Positions 23,079 to 36,503 of a stretch of DNA of 64,000 bases are shown in pieces. Where the stretch lies: the NCBI RefSeq assembly GCF_037975245.1, contig NC_092575.1, positions 8,205,331 through 8,269,330 on the forward strand, read 5' to 3'. The stretch is from Apostichopus japonicus (taxonomy: Eukaryota). Both the position numbers and the translations under genes were made by a program. Position 1 is the stretch's first letter; each line of letters starts with the position of its first letter. The notes beneath the pieces are model-generated. The model worked only from the letters and a program-made list of their open reading frames with translations, was not told where the DNA came from and did no database searches.

Positions 23079-24917
23079 TCACCAGATCAGTTTTGTTGGA
23101 ACAATAAAACACAGAATTAAGGGCGATTTTGCATTCACAACTGGCAATGGTAAAACCAATCTTGATGGCATTGGTAATCTGGTATACACTGTTTATTATC
23201 AAAGGTAGGGGTTGAATCCACCACAGGCTCATATATTTAGGGCTCAAAATTTAACGGCCGTCTGATCACCCAAGACGGCTAAATTCATATCGGATAACCT
23301 AACACCCTGCTTAGGTTGTCCGACCGATGACTAGTTGATTTGCTGTATTTGTTCAACACTTCAAACAAAACTTGGAAAATCCCTATTCTTTCAAATAAAA
23401 ATCTGCCCCAAAAAAGTGATAGTAGCTTGTTGGTATCGCCCTCCATATATATAATCGTACACTTTAGCTGTATGCACACCCCTTCGTCTATGTTGCTACA
23501 ATGTATGTGCTGTATACCTTGGGCTTGCCCTCTGTCTCTTGAAATGATTCTGCAACCCAACATGATCAATCATGAACAGTGTTATACACCACATAAAATG
23601 TCTATAACTCTACACAGTTCTGTCCAAGATTTTCCATCTCCGTAAGATTAATCACTAAGAGTAAGACTTAAGCCTCAGGCCAAATAGACTAGGCCTGGGT
23701 TGCCTAACGTTTCGGTACTCACCTACAAGGCCAAATCAATACATTGTAGTATTACTAAATGCACGCCACTTTTAAAGCCCTAGTGGCCCAGATTTTGTTG
23801 CTTTAAACTGTGGGGATACCTCAGTTCTGTTAAAGAGCCGAAAAGTAAACGACAAAAATTTCAGGAGAGCAAAACACAATATGAACAACTGGAACCAGCA
23901 GGCCCAACGTATATGCAAACCAACCAATCTACAAATGGAACAAGAGAACAGCATGATAGGCCTCTCTAAACAGACACAATAAGGCCTAAATCATTAAACC
24001 AACTGAATATACCAAACTTGAATGAATAAATGAAAAATTGTCACATCAACCATTTACATTGTTTGTTATTTTTTGGTGCTTTTATTTGGACAACCAAAAA
24101 ATACATTGAACAACTAAATATGAAGGCAAAGTGAAAAAGTTGTACATAATTTTCTGTGGGCCCTTTTTTCTGTGGATCTGTGAGCCTTTTCAACTTGAAT
24201 CCCCTGTGACTGTTGATGATAGAGACTGCCTTTGTTTATCTTAATCTTAAGGGCATTGTACAGTCGTTTAAATAATTCACTTTTATTTTGGAGAACTTTG
24301 TGATCCATGAGGGTTTTTCGAGTTTGAAACTGGGCCCTATGACATTGGCTACCAATATAGAAAGTTGGGACCATCAGAAAATTACTTTTAGAGAAAATTG
24401 TTTTGTTTATGACATCACAGAAATGAACAAAGTTATATGGTATATATGCACAGATCAATATTTGGCCAATTCTACTTTGTTATGCAGCAATATAATCTCA
24501 CATTTCTTGTCCTGATTCAAAATAGGCTATTCGGCAAGGAATCACAACCCAACTTTGCTTTCTGGTTTGTTACATTATTAGCTGTATTACATTGTCTGTA
24601 GTTATTTCATGATCAGTCACAATACCTGCTCCATGTAAAACCTTGCGGGAACCCTTTTAGCCCCATAGATAGTACACTTCTCTGGTTACAACAGTTGTAT
24701 TTATGTTAATTCCAGTTAATAATCAGAGCTCACATTGTATGGGGTTATTTCATTTCTTGTTAATTCTTTTATTGCATTTCATAAAAAGTTATGACATACA
24801 GTACTCTAACTCCTTAAAGGATTATTACATTTTGCGGCGAAAGTTATTACAGTTTGCGTCAATTATTACATTTTGCGGCATAACAGTCATGGACCAGTGA
24901 GACCGAACGGAAGTACT

Positions 24918-25045
24918 CACTACTCAAGTCATCATGAATACTAGTTACTATAGTTACATGATATACTAGTTACTATAGTTACATGATACTAGTTACAGGT
25001 ACTATAGTTACATGATATACTAGTTACTCTACAAGTTACTGCATG
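24918..25045. repeat. Tandem repeat of about 27 bp, roughly 4 units (tactagttactatagttacatgata)
   Basis: Direct consecutive units are visible. Confidence 0.6.
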
Positions 25046-25769
25046 TAGTAGCCTAGCTGTAGTTAGTACTCATATACAATATCCCCAGTCGCAAAGCCAG
25101 AAAGATTCTTAGATCTGAGAACTTCAGTTAGAATGTACATGTAGTCTAGCAGAATGACATAGTACTCATATTTGTGGATGTGTGTCAGGCAACTGGTATC
25201 TGGTGTTTTATTAGGCTAGATTGTCTATACTTCAATTCTGGTTAACCAAAATATATATGTCCTTTTAAAGTTTAAGTGAGGTTTTAGTGAGGGGAACACT
25301 GACATGGTAAATTTACTACGAAATGGTGCAACTACACTGTGATTGTAACCTTCACGACAAACCTAAGGCCACCTTACTGTGCTACTTGTCATTGAGACAA
25401 CCTGTTAGGAAACTTTAGTCTCGAACGATAGGACAACCATTACAAATCACTTCTGGGCATGCTTTCCTTAATTATTCTCATGTATATTCATTTTCGCAAT
25501 GAAAATGTGAATGTTCTTTCACTTTGATGCTAGAAATTAGAATGATGTAAAACCTGCACATTTATAAGTACTATTAAGTTACTGTATGGCTTAATGCTAG
25601 GTTGCCTTGATGGTTCATCATGAATTTACAGGTATTTTTTGAAAATACAATTATTCATAGCCACAGAGTTTGTACTTCAATTGTAATCTGCATACTTTCA
25701 TCAGTTGCACATAGTGTGAACCTGTAATATTAATTTATTATGGTGAAGGCGTGGTGTAGTGGTGAGAGT

Positions 25770-27290
25770 GTCCCCAGCGACGTAGCCAGGAATTTGAAAG
25801 GGGGGGAGCACTTTTTGCGATTGATATGGATTTTCAAAGTTGTAGGCACGACTATCTGAGCGGAGCCCCACCATCGGTTGGCGCAGAGCGTACAAGAAAA
25901 TTTTTGGTTTACAAACCCCCCGGATGGCAGGAAACAGCCCTTCCCGAATGTTCATTCTGGTTCCCTGGCCTGTTGCTAACTTGTGAATCCTCATTCAATA
26001 TCACTTTTAAACCGGAAAAACAAACGAGTTAAAATAGTACGTAATTCAATAATACATAATGTATTAAAATTAGCAAGGTACACAAGGGCGGCGAAGCACT
26101 TTTAATCTGGAGAGGGCACCGGCGTCAAAGGGCACTTTGCAGAAATTCTATTGGACTGATGCAGCCTGATATTTAGTACCCTTTATAAATCTTATTGTAT
26201 TATCTTATTTGCGTATACACATCACTCCATCACCCTCCCCCCCCCCCCCCCCCGTCTTAGTAGTCTTACTTTTCAACTTCTGATACTTGTAGATATAAAG
26301 ATAGGCCAGAAATGTCTTTGATACAACCATAGCCAGTAATTGTCTTTGATAAAACTGTAGCTAGTAACTGTTTATCGAAAAGGCTGTTTTGGAACTTGGA
26401 ACGCCGATCGTGACAACAACAGGCAACAAAGTGCTGCAGCTCTATACATATAAAGTCTGTTAATCAACGATAGGCTTATTTGACTGTGGAATGTTCTCAA
26501 CTGAAATTTTATCTGCGTAAACGGGTTCTTAAGTAGATGTTAAAAAACTGACAAGATCGTATCCTAGTCTTTTTCGGCGGGTAGAGTATTGAATGAAACG
26601 GCACGTGATATGAATGACAGCCTAGATGACAGAAGAATAGGTCACCTACTGTAATTTAGCCATTATCTTGCTATGTTCATTTCAATAGTTTTTCCTGTCT
26701 AGACTCTTAAACTCGTCCAGCAAGCTTATGGATTTGAATTATGGGTGTATTAATAAAAAAGATAACTTGGCCAAAAAAAGTGTAGGCCCGGGCCTACAGT
26801 GCTTCATACTGGCTACGCCCCTGATAGTTCTAAATTAGGATTAGATCTCTTACTGAAATATCGCTGACCTAATAAGGTGATTAAGAGTACAAGTTTTATG
26901 TAGAAAAAAGGCACATTTTTAACCTGAGGAAAAGTGGGGGGGGGCACTTGCCCCCTGTGCCCCCCGGTTCCGCCGCCCTTGAAGGTACATGTACAGAGTA
27001 GTCTTACTTTTCAACTTCTGATACTTGTAGATGCAAAGATAGTCCAGAAATGTCTTTGATACAACTGTAGCTAGTAAATGTTTAAGTTAGCCTAATAAGA
27101 GAAGGCGAGAGCTATCCGACGATTGCCATCTGATGCAAATTTCTCAAGTGTTTTCTCAACTGAAATATTATCTGCGTAAACGGGTTCTAAACTACATGTT
27201 AAAAAACTGACAAGATCGGATCCTATAGTCTTTTTCGGCGGGTAGAGTGTTGAATGAAACTATTGTGCTACATACTGGCTACGCCCTAAT
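25770..27290. mobile_element. Composite MITE-like repeat. It is built from ends such as cagcgacgtagccagg...Gn and ...ctggctacgcc, internal TIRs CAAGGGCGGCGAAGCAC ... GGTTCCGCCGCCCTTG (26080-26990), one copy of the GCGCCACC..GGTTGGCGC sub-repeat (25840-26000) and a duplicated ~270-bp block (26230-26600 and 26990-27260).
   Basis: Extensive block-wise similarity to 60040-61600. The TIR pair at 26080-26100 and 26955-26985 is reverse-complementary. Poly-G/poly-C tracts sit at the block junctions. Confidence 0.5.
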
Positions 27291-28269
27291 CATATGATAT
27301 CATTATCAGCAGATTTTGTTTCCTGTTTAAATTCTTTTACATGTTCTTTTACATAATATATCAGAAATACAAACATAGTGCTCTTTTACAAGTTTTCCAG
27401 TAGGATGATTCTTGTTTATTGTCCAATGTCTGGACTTTAATACATTTGACGAACTTAACTGATGGACAATATAAACTTTCATATTTTGTAATACAGCCAG
27501 AAATGCAGTGGCCTAAAAACAAATATCGTTATCGCAGTGTATTAGCAGTGTAATAATTATTTATAGGAAGTGCGTATCACTTACGATTGCTAGCTTAGCT
27601 TTATAACATGCTGTTCGTGCGAAAACTTAGGACGACTCATTGAACGAACGTTGTCGACGTTGTTGTGCATACAGTTCGTGACATTCCATAGAGTGCGGTT
27701 AGGTAGGCAATATGTATTTTATTACGCAGTGGCCAACTGTAGGCTTGTAATTGGCTATAAGCTAAAGTTAGCTAATTGCATCTGCCAAACTAAGTAAGTA
27801 GTTGAATCAGTAGGCGTGAATGTTACTACGATTACAATCAAGTTAACGGAGCTGACGAGTATTCAAGATCAAAAGAGCACTGACAAAATACCATGCTAAA
27901 AAAACGACAGTTTAAAAAAAAAAAAAAATAGACACTGAAAGGGGGGAGCTGTTGCTCCCCCTGCTCCCCCCCTGGCTACGTCCCTGAGTGTCCCTGACCC
28001 ATAACCTCCAAGTTCCTTGTTCAAAACCTCACCAGGAACCATACAGTATACCATATAACCTTTTCAAACATTGTTTCTGTGCAATGTTGTTGAGTGAGGT
28101 CCTATGTGGGTTGGGAATTAAAGGTTTCACAAATTGGGAAATGGGGTTTAGTTGTCAGCTGTTTCAAAAGAAAATTGTTCAATAAGGCTGAACTGTAGTG
28201 ATGATGCCTTCAGTGCCTTCAGATGTCTTCAGGATAGGGTTTCCATTAAGCATCTGGCTTCCTAATCTG

Positions 28270-28870
28270 TGGGGAATACTATTACTTATTAAGAAAATGA
28301 ATCATATCATTCCACAATTCATTCTGTAACAAAAATTGTTAAAAATTGAACAGCATGAACAGGCAGTGTCCTTCATAGTAATAATATCAAAATCAGATTT
28401 GATTGAAATATTGAGCTGATTGTTACCCATTTAAATAGCCTGAGAAATTACTTATCAAGCTATGTCTGTTATGATTGTATGTTTATTAAGAGCAGACTAA
28501 GTGAGGATGATGCCAAAAAAAATGATAGATTATTCAGTACATACAAATCCAAAACTGATCTGTCATATTACAAATTCATATCATTCCATAATAACAAAAA
28601 ATTGTTAAATATTTATGAACAGGCATTGTCCTTCATAGGAAAAGTAGAACCACTGGATCAGATAACTAAGATTTGATTGAAATATTGAGCTGATTGTAAT
28701 CCATTGGAATAGCCTCAGAAATGACTTATCTAGCTCTGTTACGATTGTATGTTTATAATCTAGACTAAGTGAGAATGGAACCAAAAAATGATAGATTATT
28801 CAGTACATACAAATCCAAAACTGATCTGTCAATCATACAAATTGGTCAATTTACAAATATGTATTTTTCA
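28270..28870 (+). repeat. Tandem duplication of a ~270-bp unit (about 2.3 copies) immediately upstream of the first coding exon of MVP. A further copy heads the MVP pseudo-paralog at 18255.
   Basis: Unit: tcatatcattcca...caggcagtgtccttcata...gatttgattgaaatattgagctgattgt...agactaagtgag.atg..ccaaaaaa.tgatagattattcagtacatacaaatccaaaactgatctgtca. It repeats at 28270-28560, 28560-28830 and partially at 28760-28870. Confidence 0.65.
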
Positions 28871-28926
28871 ATTTGCTTTTCTTTCAGACTTTGACGGATA
28901 ATCAGTAAATTCTTGCTAAGATCAAA

Positions 28927-29081
28927 ATGAGTCGAGGATCAAGAGGGGAACAGAATGGGCAGTCGAATGATTCTATTTTTAGAATTCCGCCTTATTACTA
29001 TGTTCATGTACTGAACCACAATACCAATGTAACCAAGGTCGAGGTAGGCCCCCAAACCTACATCAGACAGGACCATGAAAG
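28927..29081 (+). CDS. MVP: Major vault protein, coding exon 1 ([51 protein letters not shown] + 2 nt). The exon probably begins at 28888, after the acceptor ctttcag.
   Basis: Matches the human MVP N-terminus [35 protein letters not shown]. Donor gaaag|gtaagg at 29082. Confidence 0.85.
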
Positions 29082-29699
29082 GTAAGGAATATTCTTTGAT
29101 CCACAGCATTCTTATACCTGATGTCTAGTAATCATCGTAATCTGGTGAACATATTAATTCCCTACCCTGTAATTCAATGATTCAGATTTCCACTTTAGCC
29201 AAATTCATTGTTTCTCCATATAAGCAACACAAGCACCTCTACAAGACTGGTTTCTTAAAGCACCCTACATGGTTCCCTATTACAGAGAACTGACAACACT
29301 GTGGGCCAAAGACAAGTTGCATGCAGGCCGGCCAAACTTAGATATTTCATCCTTTAATGAATTCCAAATTTCCACGTATTCCAGCCAGTCTTTGATACAT
29401 GATTCATATTGTTTCCTTCATTTTTTGTAGCTTTCAAAACCTCTATGCAATTACTCTTAAAATAAAATTGCTATCAAATATACCAAAGTCAGTCAGATTT
29501 CATTCATAGCACCCATGGTTTCCCTAAAGTCCACCAAAGACCCCAAATGAAAATGTACAAATCATGTTTTCGTTATGTTGTCATCCTGATAATTATTGTT
29601 AGCACCCATTTGTTAGTCACAAATAAAAGGAAGAAAGAAATATGCAATCAGTAACCACAATAAAAAAGAATTCTTAATAAAACAGAACATTAGAGAGCA

Positions 29700-30260
29700 G
29701 TAATGACTAGGGTGGTTCGGTATATCAATATACCAGGTATACCTGGTAATACCAGTAGGTATATCGGTATCTGTTTAAACTTATACCGGCTCACCCTAGT
29801 ATTGACTAGTGATTATTACTCACGTTTCCTGATAGCTTCCTGGAGTAGTACATCTTCACTATCACCTAGGATTGCTAAACCGATATACCGGTTTAATGGT
29901 CATTTGGTTCATACCCATACTGACGGTATTGAAAGCTGTCTTCAACGAATACACCGAAATACCAGGTGTATATATCCGAAACAACCTTGAATACCTGGTA
30001 AAAATAATACCTTATGAAAAATACCAACCCAGTTGCTTCAAAAGAAAAACAGAGATGGGAAAGTCGTAGTATTAATATCGCTAATCATTTGTAGGCTAGG
30101 CTAGTGTTCATTGTCACAGTTAAGGCTGGAAGTAGCGGTTCCGCAAAAATTTCCAGTTTACCCAGTAATTCGGTATTCGTCATCGGGTATACCGGTATCT
30201 GTGTTTGCTTATACCGATGCACCCTCCTATCACCTGCTAGTGCTGGTACCTGGTGTTTTC
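29700..30260. mobile_element. Palindromic MITE-like insertion in MVP intron 1
   Basis: Inverted repeat actagggtggttcggtata...ataccggctcaccctagt at 29705-29800, with the internal palindrome accaggtatacctggt. A related half-copy lies at 30110-30250 (ggtataccggtatctgt.t..cttataccg..caccct). Confidence 0.45.
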
Positions 30261-30382
30261 AGTTCTTCACATTTTTTTTGTTCAGTTAGCTTATCGATTG
30301 TGTGTATATCAGTATTAATGTTAGTTCACCTGTAACCCATAAATATATAAACTATGATCTGTAAACTGCGGTTATTTTTCAG

Positions 30383-30578
30383 GGTATTGTTTGCACCTCA
30401 AAACATGATCACGATTCCACCACGCAATTACTGTATCATTGAAAACCCAGCCCAACATGATGGAGATGGTAACGTTGTACTTGACCAGAATGGACAGGTT
30501 AAGCTTTATCATGCAGACTCAGAGATACGGTTTTCCCAGGACCCATTTCCTCTTTATCCAGGGGAGAATTTAAAGCAG
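30383..30578 (+). CDS. MVP: MVP coding exon 2 ([66 protein letters not shown])
   Basis: Acceptor ttatttttcag|g, donor aagcag|gtaaga. Aligns to human RVLFAPMRMVTVPPRHYC...DPFPLYPGE. Phase-consistent with exon 1. Confidence 0.9.
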
Positions 30579-30748
30579 GTAAGAATTAACTCAGATTTAG
30601 TGGAATAAGTTTCTTGATTACTCCACAAAGTCTGTAAAGTTGTTTTGTTCGTTTCCCTAAATGTCTCTGATGGATGTTACTGGACATGTTGAAAGCTTTT
30701 ATCCCCACACAGCTTCATTAATGATTCTCAAAATCTCTCATTCCCTAG

Positions 30749-31099
30749 GAAATAACTCCACTGAAAATTGTGCCTGCCAACTCAGCACTGCGTCTGCGTG
30801 CTATTCTTGACTTTGAAGATGAGCAAAAGCAAAAGTATGTGGCTGGTGATGAGTGGCTCTTTGAAGGTCCAGGGACTTACACTCCCAGGAAGGAGGTCAT
30901 TGTTGATGCAACGATTAGAGCAACAGTGATCAAACCAAACCAGGCCATCAAACTTCGGGCCCGCAAGGAGACCAAGGACCGTAGCGGTAGTGACAGAGTC
31001 ACTGGAGAGGAGTGGCTGGTTAAGAAAATTGGAGCATACCTTCCTGGAGCTTACGAAGAAGTTATTGGGGTTGTCAACGCTTACGTGCTGACAGATAAG
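30749..31099 (+). CDS. MVP: MVP coding exon 3 ([50 protein letters not shown]...[33 protein letters not shown])
   Basis: Acceptor ttccctag|ga, donor gataag|gtttgc. Strong identity to human DITPL...[19 protein letters not shown]...TGEEWLV. Confidence 0.92.
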
Positions 31100-31929
31100 G
31101 TTTGCTTTACATGTCACTGTTAAGTTCAAAAGATGTTCAGTTAGGTGTAGTTAGCTGACAAGCAAATCTGAGTTGGCAGACTGCAAAATTGTGGTATGAA
31201 GACCAACATAATTTAATGAATTATGCAACGACGTAACTGCATTTGCAGTACATTTAGTAGCTTGCTTTAAGCTTACAAGACTATTAACTGTAGATGGGTA
31301 ATTTATGAATTTTGTGGGAAGCTAACATCTCTGATACTGTGTAAAAGTAAGTGGGCCTGACATTTCGAACCTAGCAGGATCTTCTTCAGAGGCTGAATGA
31401 CAAGTAACAGAAACTACAAGGGACAAATTCAAATACAGAATGCAGACAGGTTAATGAGCAGGGTGAACACAAAAGAGGTTTGATGTAAGAGGATAAGTAG
31501 ACAAAGGATGGAGAGAAGAAAGAAACCAACAGGGTTAAGAGAGATAAAATCCTCTTACATCATCTTGGCAAAATTTATCCTGACAGAATGAGACAGTTAT
31601 TTTGTTGTTGTATATTAGTTGAAGGTTTAATCATTTGATTTTTTCATGCACATATAAGGCCTATCACTATATGCTTCTGTTGTGCCCAAGCAAATGTGTT
31701 GTCAGGGGTTATTATTATTAAGTATTGTGGGATCATGTAGAGGTATTTTAAGGTGCATGTTTCCATGGAGGACTGCAGGGATGCAAGTTTTCTGAGTGGA
31801 CAGATGTTGCCTCCCTTTGGGCTCAGCTTTTAAATTCCTAGTGACCGTACTGAGTGTAATATAATAACACAATGTACTTCACTCTCATGTAACCCTTTAC
31901 TTTGTTATTTCTGGAATAGGAGGCACTCC

Positions 31930-32055
31930 ACGTTAGAGCTACAAGAACATATGAAGATGATAAAAAGGAGTTGCGAAAGAATGGTGAAGAGTGGCTTATA
32001 ACAATGGAGGACACAGATGCACACATCCCTAATGTGCATGAAGAGGTAATGAAGA
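31930..32055 (+). CDS. MVP: MVP coding exon 4 ([42 protein letters not shown])
   Basis: Acceptor tttctggaatag|g, donor gaagag|gtaatg. Matches human TALHLRARRNF...[22 protein letters not shown]. Confidence 0.9.
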
Positions 32056-32978
32056 TGCATTAATTCAAGTCAGACCTTTCATTGATTAAAAAATTCATTT
32101 CAGGAAACACACAGTTACTACAAGTACGGTAAACTTGTGTATTGTACTACTTATATATAACTTAATTGGTTCGTGCTCACAAGTGAGTGTTACGTTGTTT
32201 GTCATCAATGTTTCAGTTTTTGAAAACAAAGTTCACTTTAATTTATCAATAATTTTATTACTCTTCAAATTAGTATTCCTGCTCATTGCAACTGACCTAA
32301 TACTGCAAAAGAATTCCCCTTAAGTGCAATTGCAATTATATCTATGGTGAATGGCTTTTCTGTGTCACTCACTGTCATAGGATTGACCTTTGCTCTTTTA
32401 AGTGGCTGAGAGGGTTTTCCACTCTCACTTATGACTGTCATCATTGTTCAGAAGGGTATTACCTTTGAAATGATCAAGTTATCTGGTATGATGTTCTGGT
32501 ACTGACTTCAGAACACATTTTCCTCAGATGATCTATGAATCAAGTGATTTCATATACAGCATAAACTTATAAGGCAAGGAATCACTAAGCCTGCTGGCAT
32601 TCTGGTTCCAAGAAACTTTATCTATAGGACCAAACTTTGTTCAATCCACATACCTCTGACTAGTGAGGACTCATAAGTTTATTCACATCTGATTTTTCCC
32701 CTCAAAATTTTTCTCAGAAACTGTTTGAAATTTTTATTTTACATTTAACAGTTATTTCTCCTTCATCAGATTAATACTTGCACTATAACACAAGGAAGTA
32801 TGTGTTCTGTTAATTCACAAAGAGACATTGGCACAAGTTTCCTGATTGAATCTTCGTAAGGGCTTATCTATTTGGCTACAGAAAACAAGTGTGCTTTGTA
32901 GAACAAACTTTAAACCATGAGATTAGATGCAAGTGTTTACTTTCTTTGTTTGTTGAAACTTTTGTTTTGTCTGTTTAG

Positions 32979-33089
32979 GTGGTTGGTGTGATCAAGATCA
33001 CAACTCTAACGAATCGTCAATACTGTGTTATTCTGGATCCTGTTGGACCTGAAGGAAAACCTCAGCTGGGTCAGAAGAAACTTGTCAAG
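32979..33089 (+). CDS. MVP: MVP coding exon 5 ([37 protein letters not shown])
   Basis: Acceptor gtctgtttag|gt, donor gtcaag|gttggt. Matches human [37 protein letters not shown]. Confidence 0.92.
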
Positions 33090-34173
33090 GTTGGTATTTA
33101 CTGCTAGTCGACCTCCTCCATAACAATGTTACTGTTTAACCTTCAGATGATAATTAATGTTCCTTTGTCTCCCAGCAGGTGTTTAAGCAGCATTTTTCAT
33201 TTGGCTGCCACTAACATCCATAGATTCCAGTTGAGTAAACTAAGACAATAAAGTACATTTATTCACCATATGAACCTTAGTTAGTTAGTGATCAATAACT
33301 TTTGACTTCTAAATTTCTGCATCACAGTCACTTGAAACTTAACTACAACTGTAAAATTAACTTTTTGTTGATTTTCTTAATTTTTTTTCCAAATTAATAT
33401 TTGACTGACATGAACCGTCATAAAGTTACCACTTCTACTGTTTAATATCTTATTAAAAGGTACATGAAGTTGTTTCTTCTGTCAATATTGGCATTTGAAA
33501 ATACTTGGAATATCCTTTGGGAAACTTTGACAAAAAAAGTCTTCAAAGGTGGTGTAAGACAGCCTTAAAACTGAGTCACCATTTTCCAAACACTGCCCTG
33601 ACAACCTTATGACAGCAGTGGTTACAAAGTAGCCACTACACAGTGTTTCATAGACTAGGCTACTGCCTAGGCCTATGAAAAATGTATTGAGAACAGTTTA
33701 TGTTTGGTGCTGTCATGAAGTTACCACCCCATGTAAAACTGTGACAACATTTTTTAAGGATATTCTTAGATATATTGTAAAAGTAACATGAGGAACTCTA
33801 GACACTTGTTTCACTCCATTGTGGCTTGTTAATGGTAATGAATATTTATACATAATACCAGTTCACATTAAGTGGTCTTTGGTCTAGTTCATATCACAAA
33901 TTGTATCAACTTATCACTCTGATAGCTGTAGAGAGTAATCCTCCTACTGTATGAATATAACAATTATGTTAATGGTCATGAATATGTATACATAATATCA
34001 GTTCACACTAACTGGTCTGTGGTCTAGTTCATATCATAAATTGTATCAACTTATCACTCTGATAGCTGTAGAAAGTATTTCTCCTACTGTATGTATTGAA
34101 CAGATAACATCTCATCAAAACTCAAAGTTTTCAACCAATTTCAGTTTTGCTTCTTTCTTTTCGTCTTGTATAG

Positions 34174-34299
34174 GGTGAGAAATCTTTCTTCCTCCAACCT
34201 GGAGAGAAACTGGAACAAGGAATCCAAGATGTGTACATCCTGGGAGAGGATGAGGGTCTCATCTTAAAATCACAGGAAGCCTTTAAAGATGACCAGGCA
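34174..34299 (+). CDS. MVP: MVP coding exon 6 ([42 protein letters not shown])
   Basis: Acceptor tcttgtatag|gg, donor caggca|gtaagc. Matches human [31 protein letters not shown]. Confidence 0.92.
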
Positions 34300-34765
34300 G
34301 TAAGCATATATTGTTTGCACTTTGTTGATTTTTGTAGGAATTAGTAGTAAGGCAGCCCTGGGACTATTGTTACAGATTCATTCCTCGCTGGAGTCAAAAG
34401 GAATCTATGTGATGGTGATGGCATTTGATTTTCAAAACATTAGAAAGGTCTGTTATATATCACAACAGACACATAACTATGGCTACAGGTCTCTCTTAGC
34501 ATATGCTACAATACCTAGCCTACTCTGCATGTCATAATTGCATTAGAGTATCGTGACTGAATGTTGCTATTAACCAGCTAGTTATACCATATGGGGTGAG
34601 AAGAAACAGCGTAAATGTTAGAAGAAAGCATTTCCAGGGATTCCAGTAGGAATTGGTTTATGTTTATTTTGTTTACTTTTCATAATACTTTGTACAGTAC
34701 TGACAAACCATAGTTAATTTTGACAGAGACCACGTTTATATAATAGGTGTGTTATTTGATCTTAG

Positions 34766-34918
34766 GCGGACAAGCAGCGGCAGCCTGGTGATAGATGGAT
34801 GATCCGAGGACCCAAGGAGTACGTACCACCAGTAGAAGTTGAGGTCATCCACAGGCGTAAGGCTATTCCCCTAGATGAGAATGAAGGCATCTACGTCAGG
34901 GATACAAAGTCCGGCAAG
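34766..34918 (+). CDS. MVP: MVP coding exon 7 ([51 protein letters not shown])
   Basis: Acceptor tttgatcttag|gc, donor ggcaag|gttagt. Matches human [45 protein letters not shown]. Confidence 0.92.
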
Positions 34919-35463
34919 GTTAGTTCTTGTAAAGGAAGCAATTAGTTAGGATGAAGTTTGATTCTTTGAAGTGATTGCAATCAATTTAATACTGTTGCAT
35001 GCTTACAAGTTTCTTTATTTCTTTTTAATTTTATTTATTTAGTCATTCCCAGTCAGTTACTCATCTGTGTCATGTTTAGCAGGTTAATGGTGATTTAGCT
35101 GTATGTAGTAGTTGTTATATCTACTAAAAACTATTTCATCTGTTAATTATTAGATGAAGATTTGACCACATAAGTCATGTTTGATCTTTATTCTTGTTAA
35201 TGGTGGTTACTTGTGAAGGTTCATAAGAAGTAAAATGGGTAACTATGTGGGCAGATTGTTATCAAGTTGCTGTGGTGAGTGATTTTGCTATACTTGTGCA
35301 CCCAATGCTTATTAAAGTTTGCAAAATCTCAAGAGAAATAATGATATAACCAGGAGAAAGTAGGAAGAAGTATTTATAGGGTAAGTTGATTGATGTTAAA
35401 GGTAGTTGGGACGGAGAGTGAAGTGAAAGTTGAATCAGAGTTGTTGATGTTTCATCTCTTCAG

Positions 35464-35699
35464 ATCCGAGCTGTGGCAGGCATCACCTACATGTTGAATC
35501 AAGACGAGGAGCTGTGGGCCAAAGAGCTCCCTCCAGCAGTGGAGAAACTCCTTCAGACCATGAGGGACCCTCTTGCAGATCGTAGTGACCGTAGTGGGAC
35601 CCCTGAGGTTAGAGTAAGGGAGAAGACCAGAGTTGTGACCTTCAGAGTGCCTCATAATGCAGCGGTCCAGATATACGATTACAAAGAGAAGAAAGCTAG
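35464..35699 (+). CDS. MVP: MVP coding exon 8 ([32 protein letters not shown]...[23 protein letters not shown] + 2 nt)
   Basis: Acceptor tctcttcag|at, donor gctag|gtgaat. Matches human [30 protein letters not shown]...[24 protein letters not shown]. Confidence 0.92.
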
Positions 35700-36305
35700 G
35701 TGAATATTTAATATCCCTTTAAGTATATGCAAATTATGTAAGTTTTAGGATAATATTGAATTCTATCTAGGCTCGACAATGAATTTTCAGGAAAATCAGT
35801 ACTTCTATCGTAGTGGAAAAGTTGCGGATGAAAGTTGATAGTGTTTGATTAAGAGCCACTGAAAGCTGATCTTGCAGCAAATGTTAGCATAGTCCACATT
35901 ATAAATATTTCCAAAGTTAATTCTTGAAAAGTTTTCATTCTTCTGGTTTGTGGTAGAAATTAAAGATGGTTTAGTTGAAGCTTTATCTCTTTGTAAGATA
36001 TTTATAGGAATACAGGTGATCAGTACTGCACCTAGATAAAGTAAAATAATCCAAAGCATTTTTTGGCAACACTCAACAGTGTGAACAGTCCTAAAGGTAT
36101 GGCAATAATGCAGAAGGTCAGAATGAAAGTACTATATAAACTATGAGGTTGCTAAAGGGCGGGGAAAAGACTGGTGACCAACAGTACTTTTCTCCATAAA
36201 ACAGTGTACTTCCACCAATATTTTGCATTCTTTGCTGCAACAGCTTCTCAGTTGATCTGCCCCCTCATGTTGTTACTGTTTTGTCAACATTTTTTTTTTT
36301 TTTAG

Positions 36306-36503
36306 AGTTGTCTTTGGTCCAGAGTTGGTGATGCTTGGACCAGATGAGCAATTCACCCAGCTGAGTCTTTCTGGGGGTAAACCCAAGAGACCAAATGTCA
36401 TCAAGTCACTGTGCCTTTTGCTAGGACCAGACTTTTGTACTGATATCATCACCATAGAAACAGCTGATCATGCAAGACTACAGCTGCAACTCTCATACAA
36501 CTG
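36306..36503 (+). CDS. MVP: MVP coding exon 9 ([66 protein letters not shown] + 2 nt)
   Basis: Acceptor (t)12ag|ag, donor caactg|gtaagt. Near-identical to human [29 protein letters not shown]...[32 protein letters not shown]. Confidence 0.93.
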
